Position numbers and translations under genes: made by a program. Source: Clostridiaceae bacterium M8S5 (GTDB lineage: Bacteria; Bacillota; Clostridia; Tissierellales; MCWD3). From it: a stretch of DNA of 64,000 bases. Every line of letters begins with the position of its first letter. Within the stretch, counting starts at the first letter, position 1. The stretch spans positions 4,395,500 to 4,459,499 of the forward strand of contig CP118523.1 of the NCBI GenBank assembly GCA_029227815.1, written 5' to 3'. Of this stretch, positions 10,564 to 20,916 are shown one piece after another. Below the pieces are notes generated by a model. It was not told the origin of the DNA. It ran no database searches and worked only from the letters and a program-made list of their open reading frames with translations.

Positions 10564-12572
10564 TACTCTTCACCTTCCTCTAAGTATTCTGTAACTGCTT
10601 TTTCTACTAGATCTTCAGCTTCCTGGAGCGATACATCATAAAGTTGTGCCCCAGCAACTTCTAAATGGCCTCCTCCGCCTAGCTTTTCAAGCACTAATTG
10701 AACATTGATTTTACCTAGCGATCTACCACTTATATGGATTTTATTGTCTTTAGCAGCTAGTACAAATGATGCTGTTATACCATTTATATTTAAAAGTGCA
10801 TCAGCAGACTGTGCAGCAACTAATATATAATCATCTACATTTTCATTTATTGATGATATTGCAATTTCGTTGTTTATTATCCTTGCTTTTTTGACAACAT
10901 CTGCCTTCATTATAAATGTTGCAAGGTCATCCTGGAATAATTGCTTAACTGATGTTGTATCAGCTCCATAACGTCTTAGTAAAGCTGCCGCTTCAAATGT
11001 TCTAACTCCTGTTTTAAATGTAAAGTTCTTTGTATCCACTGTTATTCCTGCTAGTAAAGCTTCTGCTTCAAATTTATTTAAATTTATTTTGTTTTCCATG
11101 TACGATAGAATCTCAGTAACCAACTCGCATGACGATGATGCATATGGCTCTAAGTAGGTCAATACTGGATTTTCTATAAACTCTGCGCCTCTTCTATGAT
11201 GATCTATCAATACTACTTTATCAACTATCTCTAATAATTTTGGTGCTTCTGTATATGTAGGCCTATGGATATCTACTACTACACACAATGATTCCTCAGT
11301 TGCCTTTAGATAGGCTTGACTTGATGTTATTATTGTCTCAAAAAGTTCAGGTTCATCTTGATATAATCTGTTATATAAATTTTTAATTTGAGGGTTAACA
11401 TCATCTAGAACTATAAATGCTTTTTTCCCTCTACTTCTTACTGCGTTTGATATACCTATTGAAGCTCCAAAGCTATCCATATCTCCATTTTTATGTCCCA
11501 TTATAAATACTTTGTCTGATTGGTCTATTAATTGTCTCAATGCATGAGATATAACTCTTGCTCTTACTTTTGTCCTCTTTTCTACTGCTTTGCTTTTTCC
11601 TCCGAAGAAATTAAGCCTTTCAATTTTCTTAACTACAGCCTGGTCTCCGCCTCTACCTAGTGCTATATCTATAGCCGCTCTAGCATATTCGTACATCTGT
11701 GCTGGGTTTTTACCAAATACTCCTACTCCAACACTCAGTGTTATAGGCATCTCGTTACCTTGATCTATGTTTCTTATTTTATCTAATACATCGAATTTAG
11801 TATCCTCTAATGTTTTTAAAAACCTATTCTCAAATACTATTATGTATTTATCCTGCTCATATTTTCTCATAAATCCATCTATACTTTTTGTAAATTCATT
11901 AAGTATTTTATCTACCTCAGCAAATACAACTGGTACTCTTGTACTTTCTGTTTTTTTTCTTACTTCGTCATAGTTATCAACCTCTACTAAACAAACGCTC
12001 GTTTTTTCATCTAGATACTTTTCTTTCAGTATAGAAAAGCTAGTATTATCAATAAAATACAACATGAGAATATTATTATCATCATTGTGACTGATTTCCT
12101 CATTTGTTTTCACAATATTAAATAGTACTTTATAATCTCTTTTTCCAATGCTCACTTCTATTGAGCTAATCTTATCAGTAACCAATATATCTTTTATACT
12201 CAGATCTGGTATTATTTGCTTTATATCTTCTCCTAAAATATGTTCTTCTTTAATAATATCCATAAATTTAGGATTATACCAAAGTACTTTACTGTCTTTA
12301 CTTAATATAACTAGTGGCAACGGTAAATTAAACAATGAATCCCTTGTAGCATAGTCAAAATCATCTGTTAACTTCTGTATATAACTAGTCCATTCTAATT
12401 TTCTTAAATGAATATTTCTCTTGTAATAATATATTAGATAACCTAATATAAACAGCATAAATATCGTTATTCTGATTTCATAAAATGCTAATATACACGT
12501 TAAAAGTCCTATTATAAGTAGGTATATCTTTGTGTCAACTATTAGGTTTTTGACATTGAATTTGTTTGACAT
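10563..12572 (-). CDS. gdpP: Cyclic-di-AMP phosphodiesterase GdpP (YybT): two N-terminal TM helices, a degenerate PAS/GGDEF region, and DHH plus DHHA1 domains
   Basis: DHH motif (VIDHHRR), the DHHA1 C-terminal GGGGH motif, and the conserved yybS-gdpP-rplI-dnaB synteny. Confidence 0.9.
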   Translation of the reverse strand: MSNKFNVKNLIVDTKIYLLIIGLLTCILAFYEIRITIFMLFILGYLIYYYKRNIHLRKLEWTSYIQKLTDDFDYATRDSLFNLPLPLVILSKDSKVLWYNPKFMDIIKEEHILGEDIKQIIPDLSIKDILVTDKISSIEVSIGKRDYKVLFNIVKTNEEISHNDDNNILMLYFIDNTSFSILKEKYLDEKTSVCLVEVDNYDEVRKKTESTRVPVVFAEVDKILNEFTKSIDGFMRKYEQDKYIIVFENRFLKTLEDTKFDVLDKIRNIDQGNEMPITLSVGVGVFGKNPAQMYEYARAAIDIALGRGGDQAVVKKIERLNFFGGKSKAVEKRTKVRARVISHALRQLIDQSDKVFIMGHKNGDMDSFGASIGISNAVRSRGKKAFIVLDDVNPQIKNLYNRLYQDEPELFETIITSSQAYLKATEESLCVVVDIHRPTYTEAPKLLEIVDKVVLIDHHRRGAEFIENPVLTYLEPYASSSCELVTEILSYMENKINLNKFEAEALLAGITVDTKNFTFKTGVRTFEAAALLRRYGADTTSVKQLFQDDLATFIMKADVVKKARIINNEIAISSINENVDDYILVAAQSADALLNINGITASFVLAAKDNKIHISGRSLGKINVQLVLEKLGGGGHLEVAGAQLYDVSLQEAEDLVEKAVTEYLEEGEE

Positions 12573-12584
12573 ATTTGCCTCCTA

Positions 12585-13487
12585 CTATTTAGCTTCCTTT
12601 TTTAACCTTCTTAAATCTACTAATGCATCTATGAAGCCAAGCATTGATATAATTATGCTGGCTCTTAAATAAAGTACTAATGTTATGACTATTATTACAA
12701 CCAAAATTTTGCTAACCTTTAGCTTTTTCATAAAATACATCAGAACTGCTAAACCTTGTATAAAATAAAAAGTTGATGTCAACATCATTACGTTTAAGAA
12801 TATTGTATCATAATAAAAGACTTTTAAATACCTTATTGCTACTGACAAAATTAATATAACCAAAGTTCCTAAAATAATATTGTTTGGCAATCTAAATCTG
12901 TTAAATTTCGGAATTGTCATAGTGCTGATTTTTAATCTATGTAGTATCACAACTGACAATAAGTAATTAACATATGTAAATATTAGCGATACTAGTATAG
13001 CCACTGTCGGTAACGTCAATATCGTTAATTCTTTATTAATATCTTGTTTTGTAAATTTAATTATAATATCTAAATTAACATTCACCCTCTCAATAAAATC
13101 TACTTGCGTTACATAACTTACTGCTATTATTAATACACTCATAGATAACAAACATACTACGCTACCACCTATACAAATTTCTATTAACTTATATTCTTTA
13201 TTTATCATATATGCTATAACTACAGCTAATAAACCAAATTGTACAAATATGAATATTCCAATAACGATATTCGTAACCATTGAAATTAATAGCGATGTGG
13301 CCACTAATGATAATATGCAATACTTTATATCAGCTTTAACTCCTAATACTATAAAAACCGTAGGATATAATAGCAAAAAGATTGAAAAGCTATTAATAAA
13401 TAGTATTGTCAATATAGTAGCTATACCTATTATAGCTGCAGATAGCACAAGTTTGTTAGTATCTTCGTAATGTTTCACGAAATTCAC
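12585..13487 (-). CDS. yybS: YybS-family (DUF2232) polytopic membrane protein
   Basis: 300-aa highly hydrophobic multi-TM protein immediately upstream of gdpP, which is the conserved yybS position. Confidence 0.7.
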   Translation of the reverse strand: MNFVKHYEDTNKLVLSAAIIGIATILTILFINSFSIFLLLYPTVFIVLGVKADIKYCILSLVATSLLISMVTNIVIGIFIFVQFGLLAVVIAYMINKEYKLIEICIGGSVVCLLSMSVLIIAVSYVTQVDFIERVNVNLDIIIKFTKQDINKELTILTLPTVAILVSLIFTYVNYLLSVVILHRLKISTMTIPKFNRFRLPNNIILGTLVILILSVAIRYLKVFYYDTIFLNVMMLTSTFYFIQGLAVLMYFMKKLKVSKILVVIIVITLVLYLRASIIISMLGFIDALVDLRRLKKEAK

Positions 13488-13488
13488 C

Positions 13489-13806
13489 TCAATTATCTTT
13501 TCTATTAAAATGCTCTAACAAAACACTTAACTCCCCATACCATTTTTCAATTTTATGCTCTTCAACTATTTTAAGCTTGATTTTACTTTTGATTTTAGCA
13601 TCTAGTTTTTGAAAAGGTATGCCCAGTCTTTTGCCCAGTAAATATGTCACAAAAATAATATTAGCTAGCACATCTATTACTACTTCCCTACTTTGTTTAG
13701 TCTCATGCATTAACGATTCATATAAAGAAGATATGGATGATAATAGCTCACACTTTAACCATTCAATTACTTTGATGTTTTTTGTAATATCAACATCATT
13801 TTTCAT
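13489..13806 (-). CDS. Small MazG-like family protein (putative nucleotide pyrophosphohydrolase fold)
   Basis: A 105-aa alpha-helical protein in the position usually held by a MazG-like ORF upstream of yybS in Clostridia. The assignment is by context and weak motif resemblance only. Confidence 0.4.
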   Translation of the reverse strand: MKNDVDITKNIKVIEWLKCELLSSISSLYESLMHETKQSREVVIDVLANIIFVTYLLGKRLGIPFQKLDAKIKSKIKLKIVEEHKIEKWYGELSVLLEHFNRKDN

Positions 13807-14061
13807 ATCTTTAGCCCCCTAATATATTATACCAATAAATGGCTATATTTTAATCATTATAATACCTTTGATTAACGCTATTACTATTTTGTAAAATATT
13901 TATGTTAAGTTGTTTTAGATTAAACGTTATATATATTTTCTATAAACACGCTTAAAAAGCCTTTAATTTGAGTTCTTTACTATATTTATTTTATAGGTAT
14001 CTTTAAGTTGTATACAATTTATATAAAAAGAGAAGCTTTATCAACTTCTCTTCTCTTAGCT

Positions 14062-14289
14062 TTATTCTGCTGTATATGGTAATAATGCTATTGTTCTAGC
14101 TCTTTTTATAGCTTGTGTAACTTGTCTTTGATGTTTAGCGCAAGTTCCAGTTATTCTTCTAGGTAAAATTTTACCTCTTTCAGTTATATATTTTTTAAGT
14201 TTGTTTATGTCTTTGTAATCTACGCTATCAACTTTATCTACACAGAAGTTACAAACTTTTTTCTTTCTTCTGAAATTCTTTTTAGCCAT
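14062..14289 (-). CDS. rpsR: 30S ribosomal protein S18
   Basis: [38 protein letters not shown] signature; 75 aa. Confidence 0.95.
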   Translation of the reverse strand: MAKKNFRRKKKVCNFCVDKVDSVDYKDINKLKKYITERGKILPRRITGTCAKHQRQVTQAIKRARTIALLPYTAE

Positions 14290-14307
14290 AATATCCCTCC
14301 TTACAAG

Positions 14308-14769
14308 CTAAAATGGTATATCTTCATCGTCTATTGGTTGAAAACCACCAGTCGCATCAAAATCATTATTAACCGGCTGTTGTTGTTGCTGTTGGAATGA
14401 AGTATTTCTACCTTGTGATTTATTACCTTCTCCCCATTCTAAAAATTGCACTTGTTCAGCTACTACTTCTGTAGTGTAAACTTTTTGACCTTGAGCATTT
14501 TGATAAGATCCGGTTTGGATTCTTCCTTTTATAGCTACCATTCTGCCTTTAGCAAGGTAATTAGCACAGTTTTCAGCCTGTCTTCCCCAGACAGTTATCC
14601 TTGGGAAATCAGCAGTAGGCCTACCCATTCTCTCTGCTTCTGCTTTCTTTTCTTTGGATAAATCTTTATCAACAGCTAAAGAAAACCTAGCTACAGCAGT
14701 TCCATTTCCCGGCAAAAATCTTAGTTCAGGGTCAGCTGTTAATCTTCCTATTAAAAATACGCTATTCAT
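14308..14769 (-). CDS. ssb: Single-stranded DNA-binding protein
   Basis: OB-fold N-terminus (MNSVFLIGRLTADPELRF), a Gln-rich linker and the acidic C-terminal tail DDEDIPF. Confidence 0.95.
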   Translation of the reverse strand: MNSVFLIGRLTADPELRFLPGNGTAVARFSLAVDKDLSKEKKAEAERMGRPTADFPRITVWGRQAENCANYLAKGRMVAIKGRIQTGSYQNAQGQKVYTTEVVAEQVQFLEWGEGNKSQGRNTSFQQQQQQPVNNDFDATGGFQPIDDEDIPF

Positions 14770-14789
14770 ACAGTTTGACCACCTTTAAT

Positions 14790-15083
14790 TTATTCTTCAA
14801 TCTTAATTATCATGTGTCTTAATACAGGTTCTGTTATTCTTGCTATTCTATCTACTTCTTGTATTGCTTCATAAGCAGCTTCAAAATTAACTAAGATGTA
14901 ATATCCATCTCTTTCATCTTTAATTTCGTATGCAAGCTTTCTTAAACCCCACTCATCCACGTTATCTATAGTACCGTTGCTTTCGATTATACCTTTGAAT
15001 CTATCAAATAACGCTACTCTATCAGCTTCTTCTAAGTTTGATTTAAAAATAAATACAGCTTCATATTTTCTCATTCGATTCAC
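14790..15083 (-). CDS. rpsF: 30S ribosomal protein S6
   Basis: MRKYEAVFIF..LRKLAYEI signature and rpsF-ssb-rpsR synteny. Confidence 0.95.
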   Translation of the reverse strand: MNRMRKYEAVFIFKSNLEEADRVALFDRFKGIIESNGTIDNVDEWGLRKLAYEIKDERDGYYILVNFEAAYEAIQEVDRIARITEPVLRHMIIKIEE

Positions 15084-15249
15084 CTCCTTTTGGACTATGG
15101 CCCATTAAAAATGGGCAAGGACTAAATATCACTTTATTATATCACCTAAGTTAAATTATTACAAGGGATAATTTCTGCTTTATCTATTTCTAGTTTGTTA
15201 GTATTTTAATACTACATTTAAGAAACGACTTGTACTTAAACTCTACATA

Positions 15250-16041
15250 TTAAATTTGTACAATTTCACCCTTTGAGAGTAAAACACAATTTATTCCTCT
15301 CTTTTCTACTTCTGTTTTAAACCATTTGTCATCAGCTTGATTATATGATTTTTTAAAAATATCAGGACAATTATAGTGACATGGTATAACCATTTTAGGA
15401 TTAATTATTTCTACAGCTCTCAATGCTTCTTGTTCGTCCATCGTATTTTTAGGTATCTTTCCTCCAATAGGTATCATTAGAACATCTGGTCTTTCCTCTT
15501 GTTCCCATTTTTTATCAAGTAATAGTGTGTCTCCCAGGTTTATTAGGCATTTATTATTTATTTTAATTTTATAACCTATCGCTCCAAATCCAGCTCTCTC
15601 GTTAGGACCTACCTTGAATTTTTTTGTAAATGGGCCCATCTTAAATATAATTGGTCCATGCTCACTATGCATTCCAGTTATTTTTATCCCATCAATTTCT
15701 TTTGTTTCGTTATAACAAACAGTATAAACTTTATTGAGTTTTGTTTTGAATGTTAATCCTTTACTTCTTGGTCCAAGCATTACTTTCTTTCCATTAATAT
15801 TTTTTACTAATGTTCTATTACATATTACCTTTGCTCCTGACATATTTGCAACTTTATCTGTATACCAGTAATGATCAGGGTCTCCATGAGTAATAAAAAT
15901 ATGTGTGATGCTATCCCATTCATATTTAGGTAAAATACTATTAAATCTAAATCTGTATAATTCTGCACCGGGGTCTATGACAATTTTCTTGTCACTAGAT
16001 TTAATTACAAACGTATTATACAAATAATATTTAATATTCAT
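15250..16041 (-). CDS. MBL-fold metallo-hydrolase
   Basis: HxHxDH-type motif (ITHGDPDHY) and 263 aa. Confidence 0.6.
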   Translation of the reverse strand: MNIKYYLYNTFVIKSSDKKIVIDPGAELYRFRFNSILPKYEWDSITHIFITHGDPDHYWYTDKVANMSGAKVICNRTLVKNINGKKVMLGPRSKGLTFKTKLNKVYTVCYNETKEIDGIKITGMHSEHGPIIFKMGPFTKKFKVGPNERAGFGAIGYKIKINNKCLINLGDTLLLDKKWEQEERPDVLMIPIGGKIPKNTMDEQEALRAVEIINPKMVIPCHYNCPDIFKKSYNQADDKWFKTEVEKRGINCVLLSKGEIVQI

Positions 16042-16093
16042 TATTTCCTCCCTTTAGAATTAAATTATTAACATTTCACATACTTCTTTAGCT

Positions 16094-16288
16094 TTATTCA
16101 TTATTTTCATTACACTGTAGTATCTTTTTTACTCTTTTCTCAAAATCTCTTCTAGCTAGCCAAACTTGTCTTGAACAACCAAGACATTTTATTCTAAAGT
16201 CAACCCCTACTCTCATTATTTGCCATTTATTCTCACCACAGGGATGCCCTTTTTTTAGCATAACTATATCTCCTACATTATATTTCAT
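16094..16288 (-). CDS. DUF951 family small protein (YyzM-like)
   Basis: 64-aa protein with the DIVxLKKxHPCG..W..RVG.D.R.KC..C motif, in its usual location near rpsF. Confidence 0.6.
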   Translation of the reverse strand: MKYNVGDIVMLKKGHPCGENKWQIMRVGVDFRIKCLGCSRQVWLARRDFEKRVKKILQCNENNE

Positions 16289-16339
16289 ATTTTACATCAA
16301 AGCAAAAAGCTCTGACTCCTCCTCTCTCAATATTTCTAT

Positions 16340-17212
16340 TTAATCATTATTCTCATTAATTAATACTCTTTTTGGGTAAGGTATCTCTATTCCTTTCTTA
16401 TCAAACTCATACTTTATAAGCCTTCTAAGGTCTCTCTCTACTGACCATTGCTCCATTGGTTTTGTCTTAGCTACAACTGATATAACGACATCTGAATCTC
16501 CTAGATTTGTTACTCCAAGTACTGTAGGTCCTTCTATAATATTAACATTTTCTTTTGCTACTTTATCACAAACTTTCTTTAGAGATTCTACTGCATTATC
16601 TATATCTTCTTCGTATGCAATTGATACATCCACCCACGCTCTTGATAAGCCTCTTGATTTATTCGTTACTATCTCTACTTTACCATTTGGTACGATATGC
16701 AAGTCTCCATTAAATGATCTGATTTTAGTAGATCTTATAGTCATTTCTTCTACTATTCCTTCGCTAGAGTTTATCTTTATATAGTCACCAACTGAATATT
16801 GGTTTTCTAACAATATAAAAAATCCAGTAATTATATCCCTTACAAAGTTTTGTGCTCCAAAACCAATAGCTAGACCTCCTATACCGGCTGTAGCTAGTAT
16901 TGGTGAAATATCTACCTCATATATATCAAGTATCATTACTCCACCTATAAAATATATACCGTACCTGACTATACTTTTTATTATAGATGAAAAGGTAGTT
17001 GACTTCCTATCATCTATTTTGTATTTCATTTTTTGCTGTCCCTCAAAAAATTTATCTACAATTTTATTGATTGCTTTTATGCTAATTTTTATTAATATCA
17101 GTAATATTAATGTCATAGCTATCTTTTTTATAATGTTCATAGGTTGAATATCTGAATCAGGAATCTTTAGTTTATCTGCTATAGTTATAAAAAAGGTTTT
17201 AATCTTATCCAA
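16340..17212 (-). CDS. Small-conductance mechanosensitive channel (MscS family)
   Basis: Three TM helices followed by an MscS beta-domain; 290 aa. Confidence 0.7.
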   Translation of the reverse strand: MDKIKTFFITIADKLKIPDSDIQPMNIIKKIAMTLILLILIKISIKAINKIVDKFFEGQQKMKYKIDDRKSTTFSSIIKSIVRYGIYFIGGVMILDIYEVDISPILATAGIGGLAIGFGAQNFVRDIITGFFILLENQYSVGDYIKINSSEGIVEEMTIRSTKIRSFNGDLHIVPNGKVEIVTNKSRGLSRAWVDVSIAYEEDIDNAVESLKKVCDKVAKENVNIIEGPTVLGVTNLGDSDVVISVVAKTKPMEQWSVERDLRRLIKYEFDKKGIEIPYPKRVLINENND

Positions 17213-17495
17213 CGTTCTCCTTCTCCTTGTCTATCATAATCTGATTTACAGTTTTATTTGTACCATTTTTTTCAATCTTGTATATCCCTAATATATTTAG
17301 CTTTTCTGCTTTTACTATATCAATAATCATGGGGACATTTTCTAAACACGTTTTTATTGCTAATCCACAGCTTGCTGTTATCTCTCTTGGTGTTGGTATC
17401 GTCATAATATCATCTAAACCACTAAATAGCTTTTCTCCTCTTATAGCATGATGTGTTGAGTTGAATGCAACTACTGCATAAATATCATTCTTCAA
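17205..17495 (-). CDS. DUF3343 family protein (putative Se/S-trafficking accessory protein, frequently paired with YedF/YedE)
   Basis: 96-aa protein directly downstream of the YedF-like gene. Family assignment rests on size, N-terminal motif (AVVAFNSTHHAIRGEK) and context. Confidence 0.45.
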   Translation of the reverse strand: MKNDIYAVVAFNSTHHAIRGEKLFSGLDDIMTIPTPREITASCGLAIKTCLENVPMIIDIVKAEKLNILGIYKIEKNGTNKTVNQIMIDKEKENVG

Positions 17496-17575
17496 TTTAT
17501 TTTACCTTCCTTTTATTATTATTTTAATAGTACTTTAATGTAATAATTATTATGAATACATTTTTGTAAACACCA

Positions 17576-17610
17576 CAAAAAGACAGCTAATACTAACTGT
17601 CTTTATTTTA
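17576..17610 (-). terminator. Terminator hairpin (AGACAGctaatactaaCTGTCT) after the yedF-like gene
   Basis: 6-bp stem flanked by an A-run on the + strand, which is a T-run on the - strand. Confidence 0.5.
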
Positions 17611-17656
17611 TCACCTCATACTACGTGACTCAAGGGTATTTTATAATGAATAATCA

Positions 17657-18247
17657 CTATATATTAATAACTCTGTCAGCATTTTTAAGCGTTTCAGTTA
17701 TTGTATACATGTTACTTATCTGTCCAACTTTTAATTTGTCCTTCAACTCAAAATAGTCAAGGCATGTTCCACACGATATAATTTCTACTCCTGCCTGCTC
17801 TAGATGAATTAGGTTTTGCAATGCTTTCGATCCTTCACAAGTTAGCTTAACACCGTTATTGAAAAAAATAATACTCCTTGGATATGGCTCCACTTCAGTT
17901 AGCGAATATATGAATCCATTGATTAAAACTCTCCCTAACTCCTCGTCTCCACTTCCCATTAAATCATTGCTTATAGAAATAACTACATTTTCTGTATCAC
18001 TTTTTTGCATAGGTATATTCACTACACTTTCTTCATCGTTAGTTATTGTTATTGTATAATCAGTTCCTTTTTGAACAACAATATGTTTTAACCCCATTTT
18101 GTTAATAAGTTTTAATACATTCTCTTTTGCTATATCATTATCTACTAAGACATTAATCTCTTTTGCATCTGATTCATCTAATGCCTTTTTTGTCATTATA
18201 ACAGGTTTAGGGCATCCCTCGCCTCTTGCATCTACTGTTTTTAGCAC
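17657..18247 (-). CDS. yedF: YedF-type selenium-metabolism protein: an N-terminal TusA/SirA-like domain with a CPxP motif plus a C-terminal DsrE-like domain
   Basis: N-terminal VDARGEGCPKPV (TusA CPxP active-site motif) and a ~196-aa two-domain architecture. Confidence 0.6.
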   Translation of the reverse strand: MLKTVDARGEGCPKPVIMTKKALDESDAKEINVLVDNDIAKENVLKLINKMGLKHIVVQKGTDYTITITNDEESVVNIPMQKSDTENVVISISNDLMGSGDEELGRVLINGFIYSLTEVEPYPRSIIFFNNGVKLTCEGSKALQNLIHLEQAGVEIISCGTCLDYFELKDKLKVGQISNMYTITETLKNADRVINI

Positions 18248-18609
18248 ATTATCCTCTCCTTATATAGGATCTAAAATTTTTAACCTATATATAATTTTAC
18301 ATTATATGTAGGCAATGTTACAAATATAATTGACATTATCAATGATATTTTAATTTTCTATAAATTTTATCTATTCTCATAAAAGCAAATATGAACAAAA
18401 TTAATTTTTTATATTATAAATTTAAAAATATTAATTTTATTATTGACAATTTTCATTTTTAGTTATACTATAAAAGCAGATATTAATTTATTTAAACTAA
18501 AAGTTTAATTTTTAAATATATTACTGATAAACAAAAGTATAAACAATATAAATATAAATTAACTGTCTTATAATTATAACAATTTTTATAATAAAAAGGA
18601 GGTTTTTCT

Positions 18610-18972
18610 ATGAAAAATGAAGTTATTGGTAGATGTCCTGTTTGTGATAGTGAACTACACGTTTCTAAACTGCACTGTGATAGTTGTGAGACCTCTATAG
18701 AAGGAAGCTTTTCATTATGTAAGTTTTGTAAGCTAAATCCAGATCAGAAACATTTTGTTGAAGTATTTATAAAAAACAGAGGTAATATTAAGGAAATTGA
18801 AAAAGAACTAGGGATATCATATCCAACAGTAAGAAATAAACTAGAAAACGTTATTGAAGCTTTAGGTTATACTGCTAAATATTCACCAAAGGTTGATAGA
18901 AAAGACGTACTAGCAAAATTAAGTGCTGGTGAAATCAGTGCTGACGAAGCTGTAAAACTTCTTAAAGAATAA
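18610..18972 (+). CDS. DUF2089-type protein: N-terminal zinc ribbon (CPVC..C..C), an HTH segment and a C-terminal SHOCT-like motif
   Basis: Four Cys in CPVCDS...CDSCE, HTH-like NIKEIEKELGISYPTVRNKLE, and a C-terminal LAKLSAGEISADEAVKLLKE. Confidence 0.6.
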   Translation: MKNEVIGRCPVCDSELHVSKLHCDSCETSIEGSFSLCKFCKLNPDQKHFVEVFIKNRGNIKEIEKELGISYPTVRNKLENVIEALGYTAKYSPKVDRKDVLAKLSAGEISADEAVKLLKE

Positions 18973-18996
18973 ATTTATTACAGGAGGGATAATTTT

Positions 18997-20322
18997 ATGA
19001 ATGATGAAAGAATGATGATTTTATCAATGTTGAGTTCAGGGAAAATAACAGACGAAGAAGCTGCTAAATTATTAGACGCTTTAGATCAAAAAGAATCAGA
19101 AAATGATTTTAAAGTAAATCTTGATAAAAACAAATCAGAAAAATCAAAGCAAAAAAGTAAAACATGGGATATAAAGTTTAAAAAAGAACATCTGGATAAT
19201 CTAGAAAAATTAGGCGAAGAACTTGGAAGTAAAGTCGAGAAAATAAGTGAAGACCTTGCAGAAGGAGCAACAGCTCTAGCTGATAAATTGCTCGGTAAGC
19301 TTGATAACTTTATTAAATCAAATGACGGTATTAATATCAATAGTTTTTTTGGAAGCTATGACACTAAGAGTCAAGCTATTTCTAGGATAATTACTAACGC
19401 TGAAGGTAAAACTTTAGATTTTAGCGCGGTTAATGGTCATATAGTGATTAAATCATGGCCAGAAGACAATATGAGAATAGATGCAGAATGTAAATATAAA
19501 AAGAGTGTTTACGAAGTTATGGGAGATTTCTATGAAATAAAAGAAACAGATGATAAGATAAGTATTTATCCAAAATATACAAAAAATATAAGCACTAGCT
19601 TAGATATAATGATTCCAAATAAAACATTTGAAAGAATTTATGCTAATACGAAAAATAGTAGAATTAAGTTAAATACTATATCAGCAAAAAATTTATTCTG
19701 TGAAACAAAAAATTCTTCTATTAGATTAGTAAACTGTACTAGTGAAAAAGCAAGTTTACACGATTCTAATTCAAGTATCACAATTGAAAATTCCACAATA
19801 GATGAAGTAGAGGCAATAACTTCTAATGCTAAAATACAGCTAATTAATAGCTCTCTTAAAACTGTAGATGGCTTAACTAAAAATGGCGGTATAATATGTG
19901 AATATATTAACTCTGATAATCTAAGCTTAGTTTCATCTAATGCTACTGTTAAATTAAACGATTTGAGATGTAAAGCAATAAAAGCTAAAACTTCTAATGC
20001 AACAATAAAAGCGCATAATATTAATACAAATGATTTAAAGCTAGTAAATCTATATACTACTAATAGTTCAATCAATCTTTCTCTGGATAGTAATCCAAAA
20101 TCATATGACGTTGAAGCTCACACTTCAAATGGTAATATTGCATTAAATATACCTAATATGGTATATAAAAATAATGATATAAGTAATAGAAATAAAAAAA
20201 TTCTTGCTATTAGCGAAGGTGCTGTTGAGCCAGATATAACTATAAAAACTGTTACTACTAATGGTTCTATAAATATAAACAAAGCCGATAAAACGGTGAA
20301 TATTGATGTCACGAAATCATAA
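18997..20322 (+). CDS. DUF4097-type (YvlB/LiaF-like) putative beta-helix protein with an N-terminal SHOCT-like motif
   Basis: N-terminal ILSMLSSGKITDEEAAKLLDAL, then many Asn/Ser/Thr-rich ~20-aa repeats (SNATIKAHNINTNDLKLVNLYTTNSSINLSL...) typical of DUF4097 beta-helices. Confidence 0.6.
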   Translation: MNDERMMILSMLSSGKITDEEAAKLLDALDQKESENDFKVNLDKNKSEKSKQKSKTWDIKFKKEHLDNLEKLGEELGSKVEKISEDLAEGATALADKLLGKLDNFIKSNDGININSFFGSYDTKSQAISRIITNAEGKTLDFSAVNGHIVIKSWPEDNMRIDAECKYKKSVYEVMGDFYEIKETDDKISIYPKYTKNISTSLDIMIPNKTFERIYANTKNSRIKLNTISAKNLFCETKNSSIRLVNCTSEKASLHDSNSSITIENSTIDEVEAITSNAKIQLINSSLKTVDGLTKNGGIICEYINSDNLSLVSSNATVKLNDLRCKAIKAKTSNATIKAHNINTNDLKLVNLYTTNSSINLSLDSNPKSYDVEAHTSNGNIALNIPNMVYKNNDISNRNKKILAISEGAVEPDITIKTVTTNGSININKADKTVNIDVTKS

Positions 20323-20674
20323 ACAAGATAAAATTAGAATTCTTGAAATGATTGAGAAGGGTCAAATTACTTCTTCTGACGGTTTTGATTTATTAGAAGC
20401 GCTAAACGCTAATTATAGCAAAGAGAATGATAAAACGATTAAAATTAATGTGTATGATAAAAATAAAAAACTTAAATCAAATGCTAGTATACCACTTACT
20501 ATACTAGAACTAAGTGCAAATTTTATATCCAAGTATATATCAAACGTAAGTGGTTCTAAACATTATATTGATAAAGATATTATGATAAATGCAGTCCGTA
20601 AAAATAAAAAAGGGATTATTTTTGAGTTTTGGGACGAAGAATCCGAGAAACGTATAGAAATAAGCATAAATTAA
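20303..20674 (+). CDS. Small protein with an N-terminal SHOCT-like motif (ILEMIEKGQITSSDGFDLLEAL); third member of the module
   Basis: 123-aa ORF overlapping the upstream gene by 20 nt, with the same N-terminal motif as its neighbours. Confidence 0.45.
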   Translation: MMSRNHKQDKIRILEMIEKGQITSSDGFDLLEALNANYSKENDKTIKINVYDKNKKLKSNASIPLTILELSANFISKYISNVSGSKHYIDKDIMINAVRKNKKGIIFEFWDEESEKRIEISIN

Positions 20675-20916
20675 ATATTTCTATGTCTTTAAAAAGATTA
20701 TACAAATAGTGTATTCAAAAGTACCAGAGAATTGTAATTTGGTGATAATAGCACCTATCTAGGAAAAGTTTCACTAGCTATGTTACTTACTTGTAAAAAA
20801 GCTAATGATAATTTATGTGTGATAAAGAAAAAATGACTGCTATTTGATATAGAAAACAAAATTAATGAATTTGTTTAATCTAAAATTAATAATTCGAAAG
20901 CAAAAGGGGTGTTTTT

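Noticed and set aside
20303-20322. 20-nt overlap between the DUF4097 gene and the following small ORF as a possible frameshift or fusion
   Set aside because: Both frames have their own plausible start and stop. The downstream protein begins with a complete copy of the SHOCT-like motif, so they are more likely separate overlapping genes.
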